Origin: Octopus sinensis
Taxonomy: Eukaryota
Assembly: GCF_006345805.1 (NCBI RefSeq)
Contig: NC_043005.1
Location: 87,048,001 to 87,112,000 of the forward strand
DNA: 64,000 bases
Reading direction: 5' to 3'
The translations under genes and the position numbers were made by a program. Shown in pieces: positions 26,884-39,658 of this stretch. Position 1 is the stretch's first letter, and each line of letters starts with the position of its first letter. A model generated the notes under the pieces. It had not been told where the DNA came from and did not search any database. It saw only the letters and a program-made list of their open reading frames with translations.

Positions 26884-27005
26884 GAGAAGCGCGTGGTTTA
26901 TAGGTAAAGATATTGCCTTCACATTCGTAAGATTGCCATTTCAATTCTCGGGATGGGCGTTGCATTGTGTTCATGAGCAAAACACTTCACTTTCACGTTG
27001 CCCAG
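26884..27005 (+). mobile_element. Old tRNA/CORE-like SINE fragment
   Basis: GAAGCGCGTGG...TTCAATTCTCGG...TTGTGTTCATGAGCAAAACACTT resembles the CORE-type TGTCCTTGAGCAAGACACTT motif. Confidence 0.5.
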
Positions 27006-27068
27006 GCCCTGTCAGTGGTAAACAGCCTGGCGGCCTCCTCACCTCCGGTGTTATGTTATCAGTCCCTT

Positions 27069-27285
27069 AAGGCGGCGACTGACAGAAACGTTAGCACGCC
27101 GGGCGAAATGCTTAGCAGTATTTCGTCTGCTGTTACGTTCTGAGTTCAAATTCTGCCGAGGTCGACTTTGCCTTTCATCCTTTCGGGGTCGATAAATTAA
27201 GTACCAGTTACGCACTGGGGTCGATGTAATCGACTTAAACCGTTTGTCTGTCCTTGTTTGTCCTCCCTGTGTTTAGCCCCTCTGG
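27069..27285 (+). mobile_element. Young SINE family A
   Basis: Near-identical to 27606-27837. Confidence 0.92.
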
Positions 27286-27605
27286 TTATTTATATATATT
27301 GTACCTCTCTGGTTATTTATATATATTGAAGCAAATAGAATGGGTTTACGAGGTATATGCGAAGAGGTGACTTTCATACCAGTTCTTCACATCCTTGAAA
27401 AATGGATTGAAGTAAAAGTTGATCTGTTTGTCCAAATGCTGTTCCGTTTGACATGAGAAATGGAGGCGAGCTTTTTGACTTCGAGACCAAGAATGATGGA
27501 AAGTGACGGCCGCTACACTGCTCATAGAATAGTGTCACAGTACATGAGAAATACTTATACGTGTATAAAAACAGGACATTTTCCTTTATATATATTGATC
27601 CTTCG

Positions 27606-27837
27606 AAGGCGGCGAGCTGGCAGAAACGTTAGCCCGCCGGTCGAAATGATTAGCGGTATTTCGTCTGTCGTTACATTCTGAGTTCAAATTCCGCCGATGT
27701 CGACTTTGCCTTTCATCATTTCGGGGTCGATAAATAAAGTACCAGTTTTGCACTGGGGTCGATGTAATCGACTTAACCCGTTTGTCTGTCCTCGTTTGTC
27801 CCCTCTATGTTTAGCCCCTTGTGGGCAATAAAGAGAT
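27606..27837 (+). mobile_element. Young full-length SINE family A
   Basis: Head, GTCGACTTTGCCTTTCATC core and AATAAAGAGATATA end. Confidence 0.92.
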
Positions 27838-28465
27838 ATATATAGTGATCCTTCGTTTTCCAGCATTATGTCACTGTATATACAATTGTTTGCATGCTAA
27901 CAGAGGCTTAAAAATACCTGCATAGACCTGCATATTAGTTCCTAATGACAGAAAATTACAAGATGATCCCAAAGCTATGTTACGCTAAAGAAACCACCGA
28001 GGCGATATTACCAATATCCTTTTGTAAGACATGGATCCTATACTATGCGGGTGAACATAACTTTCATTACCTTGCATTCGGGGGTAGACTTAAATAAAGT
28101 AAATAACGAGATAAACAGCAACAAAACCATCAGCATCAACAAATAGCAGTAATGTGGTGTGAATATATTTATATGGTAGACATACATTGTGAATCTATAT
28201 AGAAATATACAGATATAGTAAAACATATATATATAGCGCATGGATATGTGTATCAGGGGTGTATATTCCAGGTATGCTAGGTATGCACTGCACGCCCATC
28301 GAAAATCGCAAATTCATAAAAAATTTTAATTTTACACATCTTTGCTTGAAATTTGGCGGCACTGGGTGTAGCAGCACCCCTAATACAACAACCATCATAC
28401 CCCACTAATACATAAACACATACATACGTATGCACACATACATACATACATACCTGCATATATTG

Positions 28466-28540
<75 letters not shown>

Positions 28541-28545
<5 letters not shown>

Positions 28546-28607
28546 TAGGTTAGGGTATCTAAGAGATACCGCCACCCTGAAAATAGCGGCTAAAGATACC
28601 CTAATTA

Positions 28608-28612
<5 letters not shown>
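28541..28612. mobile_element. 72-bp mini fold-back element in (TA)n
   Basis: AATTATA..TTAGGGTATCT ... AGATACCCTAATTATAATT inverted ends; interior AAATAGCGGCTAAAGA resembles the reverse complement of the 5291/5888 repeat start. Confidence 0.6.
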
Positions 28613-28703
<91 letters not shown>

Positions 28704-28708
28704 TTTAC

Positions 28709-28819
28709 TTAAAGCAGCAGTAAATTCAACAAAACCTGTTACTCTGAGTTTCCCGTTGCCGATGAACGGCAACGGGAAACTCAGAGTAACAGGTTTTGTT
28801 GAATTTTCTGCTGCTTTAA
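28709..28819. repeat. 53-bp-arm hairpin centred on an HHR remnant
   Basis: 40 perfect bp + 1 mismatch + 12 bp, with loop ATGAA. Confidence 0.95.
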
Positions 28820-31194
28820 ATAAAGCATATTACTCTACCACTGGTATTTGAGTACTCTTTTTTCCACCTTGTTTCACATTTATGTGTTTACTCCGGTATA
28901 TATATATATAGTCATTCTTACATAAATACACACATACATATATGCATACATACATACACGCATACACACACACACACACATACGTACAGGCATACGTACA
29001 TACATACATACATACATACACACAGACATATGCAAGCAGACACACACACACACACCTAGAAGTGTTCTGTCCATTATATGTCCAGAGATATGTTTGAAGT
29101 TAATATTTTATTTTATATTTTCAATAGATTACACTACATCGCTTCCACAAGCACTCAACCACAATATATAAAAGCCAGCTTTTATTTATACATTTATCGT
29201 TTGATGCCAGCCCAATATATATATATATATCTTATCTTGTTCTCTAGCCATTTGCTTAACAAATATTTAAAAGGCGCAAGTGTTTCAGGATGTGAACCCT
29301 CTCTCAATTTACTGATTTACTTTTTCTGTTTTTTGTGCTGTTTTTTTTTTATGCTTTCTCCTTCTTTTAATATAACATTTCCCGAAAAAATGTTCAGTTT
29401 TTACGCTAAAAGTGTTATTTTCAATAAACGTCGTGTTTATATTGGTTCGTTTTATTTTTACGTCAGTAGAATTATAATTATATTAATACGCTGCATGACC
29501 AGTTTGTTTAAGTGCTCAGTAGAAAGTAGAACAAACACAGACACACACACACAGACACACGCTCACACACTCACACAAACACATACAAACACGCGCTCAC
29601 ACACACACACACACACACACAACACACATACATATATATATATATATACATGCATAAAGATACGTACACAAGCGCACATATATATATGCTTATTGGTATG
29701 TGCATATACACACATACATATATATATATATATATGGAGAGAGAGTGAGTGAGGGAAGGACAGCTGACGGGATAGTGAGAGAGAGAGGAGAGGATGAAAG
29801 GGAAAAGGCGGAGAAAGGAAAGAAAGGAAAAACCGTTAACAGCCGTTGCTTCTCATTAATTTATTTCTCACCTTTTTTATTCAAACATGTTTTAAATAAA
29901 AATTCCTTTTCAAATATATGAACTGGACCTGTGTAGACAATATACAGTGTTACCGAAAAATGCATACGCATTTTAACACGTGGGAACTCAATTGTAACGT
30001 TTCTGCCTTTGTTTTTATGATTGCGATTTAACTTCAGTTGTAAAACTGTAGGAAGCCAGACCAACATTTGAGCAAAGGGAATTCCCCATAAATCGCTACT
30101 GGAATCATGTAAACGCAGTACCATTCTAAAGGCAGCTTAGGAGGGGGTTTCAGACCGACCGTTGCACCATTACGATTTACGATCGCTTGATCTAAAGGTA
30201 AGATGGAAGCAGATGAAACTGTTCAGAATTCCAACGATAAACATTCCGAATGATATGGGAAACATGTCGGACACCGACGAGCCTCACAAAACAGGCAATA
30301 GTAGTAGGAAGCGATCGTCAGAGTTGAATGAAATCTGTGCGGAAAATGAGTTGTAAGAGAGAATTTTCAAAACAAGCGCTTGCTCAGTTAAGTGCCACAA
30401 TTGAACCTACTGGGAACCAGAGAATCCGCATTCATATAGGAATGTGATGTCAATTTACCAGGTGATATAATAAATTAAAGGCCTACTGTGGTGGGATTTT
30501 GGCAAACGTCTTGGACGAGAAGTTTCAGGAGAATACCCTCCGCATTCACCGGACCCTACACAACATGATTTATGGCGATGCGATTCAAAGTACGAAATTG
30601 GTAACAGACAAAAGACTGAAGTCAAACACTGAACGAAAAGGCGCACAAATACCGAACGAAAAGTTTCTTAATGCCTGTGGTTGCATTCCTTTGCGCGAGA
30701 ATGGTAGCCAGTTTAAAAAAGGCCTTCATAAAAAATAAAGTCTGTCTGCAAATCCTATTAAATTTTGAAACGAAACAAATACCGGTATTGCAATCACTTA
30801 GTATGTATATACTTAGATGAGAACGCACTGTATGTATCAACATAAGTGGTCAGCATGTTCTTTGAACGTGAACCTCGTCAATGAGTTTGGGGCCGTAGAT
30901 ATATAGAGTATGTATTTTCAAAGTGACTGCACGAGACGAAATTCTCTAACCACCATTAGAAGTATACAGCATGACTACATATCTGAAAATTTTTCTCATC
31001 TCACCAATGTACTTCCATTTTAAGCTCAATAAATATTACATTAAACAAAAATATCCTAAGATCTTTTTGCTGTGACAGCATGTAATCTAAGTGGAAACAG
31101 ATACGTTGATAGTAATTTCCTTGAATAGTCTAGTGAATAAGCATAATCAATCATTTCTTTATTATATTCTGTGTATGTACAATGTGTATATATT

Positions 31195-31594
31195 TTATTA
31201 TTTTACTTGTTTCAATTATTTGACTGCGGCCATGCCGTAGCACCGCTTTGAAGGATGTTAGTGGAACAAATCGACCCTAGGACATATTTCTTAAAATTAG
31301 TGCTTATTCTCGCGGTTTCTTTTACTGAACCGCTAACTTACACCAACACCGGTTGTCAAGTGAGGATAGGAGTGGGAGCAGACACAGACACAAAGACACA
31401 CATACATAGATATAAAAATACATATACATATGTATACGACGGGCTTCTTACAGTTTGCGTTTACTAAATCCAAGGCTATGATCTGTCCGAGACTATAGTA
31501 GAAGACACTTGCGCTAGTTGCCGCGCAGTAAGACTGAGCCTAGAAACATATGGTTCGGAAGTAAGCTGCTTACCACACAGCCACGCTTACCCCT
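31195..31594 (-). mobile_element. SINE family B (diverged)
   Basis: Collinear with 16549-16960. Confidence 0.85.
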
Positions 31595-32010
31595 ATGTAT
31601 ATATGCATACATACACACACACGCACACATATATATGTATATGTGTGTGTGTGTGTATGTATGTATGTATGCATGTAAGTGTGTGACTGTGTAAATTTAT
31701 TTGCAGATATATATATTTATGTATATATATATAGAGAGAGAGTACACTCCACAGTGATCCGTATGTAGGAGATGTGCAGCCGGAGGGTAAATACCCAAAC
31801 GAGAATCCGTAAAGGGTTGATAGAGGGAGAGTCCAGTGGAGAAGTTCGTGTGTGGTAAGAAATGACAGGATCAACATGTGCGACCATAGGAGTAAGCGTG
31901 GCTGTGTGGTAAGCATATATAGGGGGAGTTTACGAAAAAAACAAAAGACGAAGACAGGTGGTGTACAAAAAAACAAATGTATTAGTATAACACTCAGGAA
32001 GAGAAAAAGT

Positions 32011-32046
32011 CTTTTACGTTTCGAGCCTACGCCCTTCTACAGAAAG
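32011..32046 (-). ncRNA. Minimal HHR-like motif with A6U change
   Basis: CTTT-CTGTAGA-A-GGGC-GTAG-GCTC-GAAAC-GTA^AAAG. Confidence 0.5.
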
Positions 32047-34007
32047 GGACACAAAAAAACAAGAAGAAAAACAAGGAGAGAAAAACACACACACACATAT
32101 ATATATATATCTGAATTTAAAGAAGGAAAATGCACACATCTTAATAGTTCGACCGGTTTGCTTTCGCTAATCACGACATTAAAATTCATCTTATTGGGTA
32201 TTTTCTTAAGAAAATCGTTGAGTCATTTATTCATAAACTCCACAAATTACATGGACAAAAAAGTTTCTTAAGAAAATACGTATGTATTGTAGTTCAGTTG
32301 TCACCATCGTGAATGTATCAGGGGAAAATTAGTTTGGCAGCACCCATTCCTCTCCAAAATGTGATCCACAACCAATCGCCTCTACCCCAGGAAGCTTAGC
32401 CGCTGATTTGAGGAGGTTCCTTCCCACTAGCCGTTGGTTCCTTGCGGACACTTTCCGAGGTCTTTCGCTTACTGGTGCATTGTTAACACTTAGTTCATCA
32501 GCTGCAGTCGAGTATCGGAGTATGAGGCTTGGAGCCACCATCTGAGATATGGACCAGTGGTGCCTCTCAAGATGACCATCCCTGGAAATATGCAACTGCC
32601 AGACACCAAAACTACTACCCCTATTCATATGCCTCTACACACACAAGCATACAAACATACAAATAGTACACACACAAAGAAATAAACTGCCTCATGACTG
32701 AAAGTGAGAATATCTGAGGAGAATATAAGTTATTTTTTTATTTGTCTTGATTATGGAGAACTCATAATGGTTTTACTATTAAGCAAGAGCAAATATTGAC
32801 TGACACAAGAGTAATGTACATATTGCCTTTATAATCAAACATGGTAGTGTCCGGGCTTATAACGTTTTTAGTAACTTGTTGCTGGGAATTTTGTAAATGG
32901 AACTCTACATTTTCCTTTTTTAACTATTGTCTCTGCGTATGCGGAATTTGTTTGTACTCTTTGGAAAATCCGTGATGATGTCATATATTTTGCTTTGTAC
33001 TTTGGAAATTTATAACGGATTATTAAATCGAGCGTAGGTTATTGATAGTAGAAGAATGTTGAAAGAAGAGGAAAAAGAGAAGCGTAGAGGAAATAAAAGG
33101 TGGAAGAGAGAGAAAGAGAGAGAGACAGAAAGAGAAACACGGGTAAGAGAGAAAGAGCGAGAGTTGGAAGGAAGAGGAATAAAACAAGATTTTGAATATA
33201 GATTACACTTAAATTTAAAACCAGTGCCGTTTTGTGTAGCTGATAACAATTGCATATAATGAAAGCCTAATATAGCGATAAGATATTTTTTAAAATATCA
33301 GTTCAGAGAACTTCCTTAAATATTAGCAACTCAACGAATACCAATAGAAGGACAAGACATCCGTACTCTCAATTACCTGACGGGGATAATGCGTGAGTAT
33401 TCGCCGGGAGAAAGGCAGACCTTTTAGCAGCATATTGTGCATTAACTGAGCTTACTGCATTCAATAAAAAATATGCATATTGAATCTCGAATTTTGCTGG
33501 GGGTGGTCATCCACCTTTGGTGGTACTTTTAAAGAGGTACAACTTTGGGTCTGCTGTAGGCAATATGGTTTTTTTTATGGGTTCTAGGGACGGTAAAAAG
33601 AAGGGCCTCCCCGGGCGGAACACAAGCTCTAGCTACGCTAGAGTCGGTACTCGTTCAAAGCAATTTTGTCCACAATGGACAAATGTTCGAAAATTGACTA
33701 GGAGCACTTGCACTGGATTTATTTATTTCTCTATCCACTCCCGTATCTCACCCTATATGTTAATATATTCGTATATATTCATGTGTGTGTGCATGTGTGC
33801 GTGTGTTTGTATGTATGTGTGGGCGTGTGTGCTCCGACCCAACATGTTTGCACTCGAATGAATGATAAAATTTATGAGACATACTTGCATGCATACATGC
33901 ATACGTTCACACATACACATGTACACACATACAAAAACTTAATGAGATAACAAAGGCAAGGCTGTGAGTAGTTTTCAGGACATTTATAAAGAAAAATATT
34001 ATAGATA

Positions 34008-34060
34008 TAGTCGTACAGCTGTTTCTGGGATATTATGGATATCCCTTCATCAGAGACGAT
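34008..34060 (-). ncRNA. Minimal HHR-like motif
   Basis: GTCT-CTGATGA-A-GGGATAT-CCATA-ATATCCC-A-GAAA-CAGCTG-TA^CGAC; helix I is imperfect. Confidence 0.55.
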
Positions 34061-34234
34061 GTGAAATGTTTAAATAGTGTTAAATATTTTTGTTCGAGAT
34101 AAGGAATTATTATGGAAAAGGAGGGGGACAGAGAATATTGAGGGAAATAAAATTTGAAATATATAAAAATACTGTACAATATATATATTAATAAATGCTA
34201 GGGAAGCAAAAAGAAATTTAAGAAAATTTCTTTG

Positions 34235-34452
34235 CTACCAGTGTTCTTGCGAGAAGAAATAAAACTAGTCAATAGACTATATATTATTCATGTAAAAATA
34301 CAGTGTACATTTAAACACATAAGAGATGGCCATAACAAGACATCTGACCCGCTAGAAGGAGAAAAGTGGTTTAGAGTTTAACTACTACTTCTAGCAGCTC
34401 AGATGTCCTGCTATGGCCATCTCTTGTGTGTTTAAATGTACACTGTATTTTT
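34235..34452. mobile_element. MITE-family fragment with 65-bp-arm fold-back
   Basis: 34294-34358 vs 34388-34452 are inverted with about 5 mismatches; the left part is homologous to the reverse complement of the MITE interior at 19480-19610. Confidence 0.8.
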
Positions 34453-34656
34453 GTAGAATATGTGCTAGTGTGTGTGTGTGCGTGTACATACACACTCATG
34501 TACACACATATATACACATATAAGCGTGAATATTTATAAGGTGATACACGGGTAATCATTTACATAAGATTCTGAGTGACAATTTGTGAAGTTTTTCAGT
34601 TTCACCAAAACTCTACTTTTCTTTACCATTGGTGTTTGAGTATAGATGTGTGTGTG

Positions 34657-34707
<51 letters not shown>

Positions 34708-35299
34708 TTGTGTGTGTATGTGTGTGTTTGTGTGTATGTACCAATATAGCACGGATACACATAATTAGTTCATATTCGGCTGTCTTTCTTTGTACTTTTA
34801 TATCTTAGATTTTTTAACGTGTCTATTTATATTTTTTTTCAAAATTTCCTTTTCCATTCCCCCATCACTTTATATTTTCGTTAAATTCATACGTTTGTCA
34901 TTTCTACGAAACAAATTTGTCCATTCTCCTGTTTGAATGGAAAATAAAACAACTCCACCTCTCCAAGGTGAACTCTTGAGTCAAAATGTCACACCTAATA
35001 TTGAAGTGTTATTCCTGTTTACATAAAACTCACAGCTTATACATACATTTTTTTCAATTTTTTAAACTGTTTATTTCATTGCAAATGTCGTTTAACACTT
35101 TCACATACAACAACTGAATGTGTGCTTAACAGGAACCATGTACTTTATTACAGTGGCTTTTGTAGGTATGTGCATGCGCACACACAAACATAACGTATAT
35201 ACATACTGGCTTTACATGTATATACACTCATATATATGTATATAAATATATGTATATATTTGGACAGGCATACACATATAAATATATATATATATATAT

Positions 35300-35543
35300 C
35301 ACGTGATCACGTGACCGACCAGACCATCAAATGTTGCTACACATCGCTGGTCACAATGCGTTCGCATTGTTTTAGCCTTCGAATGACGCCACCCCGCTGG
35401 CTAAGCGGGCAGGCCAACAGAAGAAAGAGTGAGAGAAAGCGTGGCGAAAGAGTACAGCAGGGATCACCACCCCCTGCCGGACGCTCGTGGAGCTTTTTAG
35501 GTGTTTTCGCCCAATAAACACACACAACGCCCGGTCTGGGAAT
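35300..35543 (-). mobile_element. Headless SINE family C variant
   Basis: GAAGAAAGAGTGAGAGAAAG...CACCCCCTGCCGG...CAACGCCCGGTCTGGGAAT is shared with 23575-23700; the 3' part differs. Confidence 0.8.
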
Positions 35544-35554
35544 ATATATATATA

Positions 35555-35606
<52 letters not shown>

Positions 35607-35655
35607 CGTATATATATTAACAAACCAAGGAAAATAATTCCTTCAAAGGAATAAG

Positions 35656-35693
<38 letters not shown>

Positions 35694-35694
35694 C

Positions 35695-35777
35695 TCTTTT
35701 ACCTTTTTACTTCTTTCAGTCATTTGACTGCGGCCATGCCGGAACACCGCATTTAGTCGAGCAAATCGACCCCAGGA
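35695..35777 (-). mobile_element. SINE family B 3' part (left of HERO-like insertion)
   Basis: CAGTCATTTGACTGCGGCCATG...GAGCAAATCGACCCCAGGA, then an abrupt break. Confidence 0.88.
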
Positions 35778-36994
35778 ATTACAACCGTGTTTCGTGGTCT
35801 GCTACCACAACAGCTCCTTTATAGGATCCAGTTAGCTCAAGGCATCATCAGGAGGAACCAAGTCCGGTTTCGGCCCCTACTCCTCTACCGTTTTGACGTG
35901 GCGGGAACCCCCCTTTCGGCGGTGTCTTCAGCTCTGATGTTGGGTGCATGTCTTCTTTCTTCTGTTCCCTGGCCTCTTCGATGTATCGTCAGCGAGTGTC
36001 AGCCGGTGACTGACTGACTTGTCAAATTCTTCCATTTAAATACCTGCCGCATAGTCTCCAGCAGGCAGCCCTAGCAAGTTGTCACGTGACAATGTCTCAC
36101 CTTAACTGAATAGTGAAGGCGCGTAGTTTTAGCTCGCGCTTTTTCTAAACGACCGTCACTTGTCAGTCAGCTTGTCTCACCTAATGATGTTATTTCCCGT
36201 CGGCGTGTTTATGACATTCTAGCCATTTTCGGTCTTCCCGCTTCAGCCATGTATAGAAGCTGGCTTTTTCGACCGCCTCTTGTACTCTCCTTATTAGTTT
36301 ACGCAGCTCGGGGCTAGAAAAAGCAAATCTTATTTTGAAAAGCATTGTCATTTTCTTTTCAATGAAGCCTCTAGTCCCTACTGCCAGGTGATAATATTCG
36401 ACATTCCATCCCTGTTCTCTGCATTCTTCGATTAGCTTTTTATACCTTTTCTCCATTCGTTCCTTTGCATTGCCAATGTTCTCTTCCCAAGGTACTGTCA
36501 GTTCTAGTAAAATTCCCACTCTCCGGTCTCTGTTCCAAAGAACTAAATCCGGTCTTTTTGTTGTTTTTATTAGTGGAAATATGACTTGTCTTTCTAAGTC
36601 CGTAGCCACCTTCCAGTATCCCTTCCATATTTCGTCTATCTCGTATACTTTACTTGTAGGCCTGGTTTTATAACCTTTTCCCTCCTTGTGGAAGTATACT
36701 CTCCTGCGCTTTTCTACTTTTGGGTATTCTCCCCTATTGTACCTCTCGATCTTATCCGCGAGAGCTGAGCTTATGACACCGAGAACTTGATCATGCCGCC
36801 ATGTATATCTTTCAAGAGCTAATCTGCAACCTGACAGAACATGTCTAACCGTCGCTTTCTTTCCGCATCTACACTCGTCGGTTGCTTTTTTGTTCCACCG
36901 GACTAAGTTCGCCGGTGAGGGTAGAACGTCGAAGGTAGACTTGATCAGGAAGGATGTTCTTGCTTGTTCCCAAGCCCATAGTTCCTTCCATGAC
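35778..36994 (-). mobile_element. 5'-truncated RLE non-LTR retrotransposon, HERO-like
   Basis: Intact frame SWKELW...LPSPANLVRW...CRCG...VRHVLSGC...RYTWRHDQVL...RPDLVL...LLELTVPWEENI...KRYKKL...VGTRGF; ~410-bp 3' UTR whose end recurs at 62410-62631. Confidence 0.85.
36190..36994 (-). CDS. Uninterrupted C-terminal ORF remnant (CCHC + RLE) of HERO-like element
   Basis: ~268 codons with no stop; the N-terminal 36 aa of the tracked ORF come from SINE sequence. Confidence 0.8.
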
Positions 36995-37279
36995 TCTATC
37001 GGTCTATTTTGCTGAACCGCTAAGTTACGAGGACGTAAACACCGCATCATCGGTTTTCCAGCGATGTTGGGGCGACAAACACAGACGCACAAACACATAC
37101 ACACACATACATATATACATATATACGACGGGCTTCTCTCAGTTTACCTCTACCAAATCCACTCACAAGGCTTTTGTCGGTCCGAGGCTATAGTTGAAGA
37201 TACTAGCCCAAGGTGCCACATAGTGGGACTGAACCCGGAACCATGTGGATCATAAGCACGCTACTTCCCACACAGCCAT
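36995..37279 (-). mobile_element. SINE family B 5' part (right of HERO-like insertion)
   Basis: Resumes at TCTATCGGTCT.TTTTGCTGAACCGCTAAG and runs to the head. Confidence 0.88.
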
Positions 37280-37486
37280 TATATACATATATATGAGTGT
37301 ATATAGATGTAATGCTCCTATGTATGTGTGTATATGTATGTATAAGTTTGCGTGTGTGAGTGTGTACACATACCTATAAAACCCCTGGAACAAATTACAG
37401 GGCTCGTGTTAAGCACACATACATTATGTTATATAATATATAGAAATTATTGGATTGTCAATTGTATGTCACTATTTTATTTTATT

Positions 37487-37533
<47 letters not shown>

Positions 37534-37561
37534 TATATACATATATATATATATTATATAC

Positions 37562-37600
<39 letters not shown>

Positions 37601-38123
37601 GTGACGTATATTTGCCATTTCAATATGGCTACCCCTGAGGGTGGATGCTACTGTAGTTTTTAGCCCCAGGAGGACACACTCCTCAGCTGGCCATAGACAC
37701 ACTTTCTGTGTCCTGTCAGTATTTGCAAAGGGAAGTCATCCTTCCGTCTTCAACTTATGATACACACGGACTCGAGTTTCGAGGTATTGACCTCTCGTCA
37801 GCGTGTGACAATCATAGTTGTCGCCGAGAATTAGATTTCCTCACAAATCCTTATACTTTCTCCAGCGTCCACTGTCGCTGATATTGAAAAAGTGAAATCA
37901 AACAATGATAAATATCAAAGTGAGTTATATACAGTAGCGGTAACACATCGTGACGTATATTTGCCATTTCAATATGGCTACCCCTAAGGGTGGATGCTAC
38001 TGTAGTTTTTAGCCCCAGGAGGACACACTCCTCCAGCTGGCCATAGACACACTTTCTGTGTCCTGTCAGTATTTGCAAAGGGAAGTCATCCTTCCCGTCT
38101 TCAACTTATGATACACACGGACT
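37601..38123 (-). mobile_element. Retrozyme-like / pLTR-like 1.5-unit tandem repeat (~350-bp unit) with HHR
   Basis: 37601-37772 is repeated at 37950-38123; (TA)n-type flanks on both sides; no meaningful ORF; canonical HHR at the unit junction. Confidence 0.85.
37763..37807 (-). ncRNA. Canonical minimal type I hammerhead ribozyme
   Basis: CACACG-CUGACGA-GAGG-UCAAUA-CCUC-GAAA-CUCGAG-UC^CGUGUG: 6-bp helix I, complete core, G10.1-C11.1, palindromic helix III, GUC site (cut between 37769 and 37768). Confidence 0.92.
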
Positions 38124-38460
38124 ATATATATATATGTATATATATATATATGCATATATATATACATATATATACATATATATATATATGTATATATCTA
38201 TATCTATATGTATATATATATATATGTATGTATGTATGTGTTTATGCATGTTTGGATGTGGAGTGTGTATCCGTTTTTTACTCGTTTCAACCAAGGTCTA
38301 CTGCCGTGCTGTGAACAGTCCTGTGATAAGAGAAATGCCATTTCCAGGCGTCCGCGTATCAATCATGAACAGAGTGGATTCCTGAAAAATTCAGGAATCA
38401 CACTCAGTACCCTTTCCAGATACCCATACATACACCTATTTATGTATGTATATACATATA

Positions 38461-38497
<37 letters not shown>

Positions 38498-39374
38498 TTA
38501 TATCTATTAATTATAATTTGTTCAAAAGAAAAAACTTATTTTCGAATTCTTTTCTTTTATGAGGTTTTCACGCTAACTACCTGATAATTTCTTAAGATTC
38601 CTTATTAAGAAGTTATCCTTAATTGTTAAATATATATATATATATATATATATTTACATTTAGTTATTTACATGTACATATATACGGTACTAAATCAGAA
38701 CATATAGGGATTATTTAGGATTAGTAATCCAGTTCAAATACTCCTGAAGCACTTTTTATCCGTAGTAAACTCGAGGTAATCCAACCTAAAGTACATCACC
38801 AGTCAAATTTGCCAAACCATTGTTCCAACACCCAGTGTATCCGGTATGATTTTTACAGGGCAATATTTAAAATATACAGAAATAATTGGTGATATATTTC
38901 CATTTATTTATAAATAACAGTTATTCATGGTCCGTTATTTCTGTCTATTTCATATATATATATGTATATACATAGATTTTATGTTATATATATGTGTTTG
39001 TGTGTCACCGAGTTTCCAAGGGTTTCCCAGTACGCATTGTTACTTCTCATATATACACACATGTACATCAAGAAATAGCCCTACAAGTAGGTATAAATAG
39101 TTTGATATATACATAGGCAGAGCAAAGTGGATTTTGAAATACGTTTGGGACAGAAAAGAGGAAAGCAAAACAAAATATATTAAGATATAAATCAGGATGG
39201 ATATCAACAAGATAATATACGAAGCAGAAATAAAAAAGAAAACAAGTAAACAAATAATTATCAGAGAAATATAAAGACGCCCACGTATATACACATACAT
39301 TAATATATACATATATATGTATACACATATACATACAGATATATATATATACATATATACATATATATACATAC

Positions 39375-39432
<58 letters not shown>

Positions 39433-39522
39433 ATATATACATACATATATATATTCATATATATATATATACACACATATATATCCATATATATATATAC
39501 ATATACATATACATATACAAAT

Positions 39523-39553
<31 letters not shown>

Positions 39554-39610
39554 TATACACATATATATTATATATATATACATACATATAATATATATAT
39601 ATATATATAT

Positions 39611-39658
<48 letters not shown>

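Noticed and set aside
35840-35935. HHR-like words in the HERO-like 3' UTR (GGCCGAAACC...CTGATGATGCC; also 62545-62565)
   Set aside because: Only 4 nt separate the putative cleavage site from CUGAUGA, so helix I cannot form; the other register has no helix I pairing.
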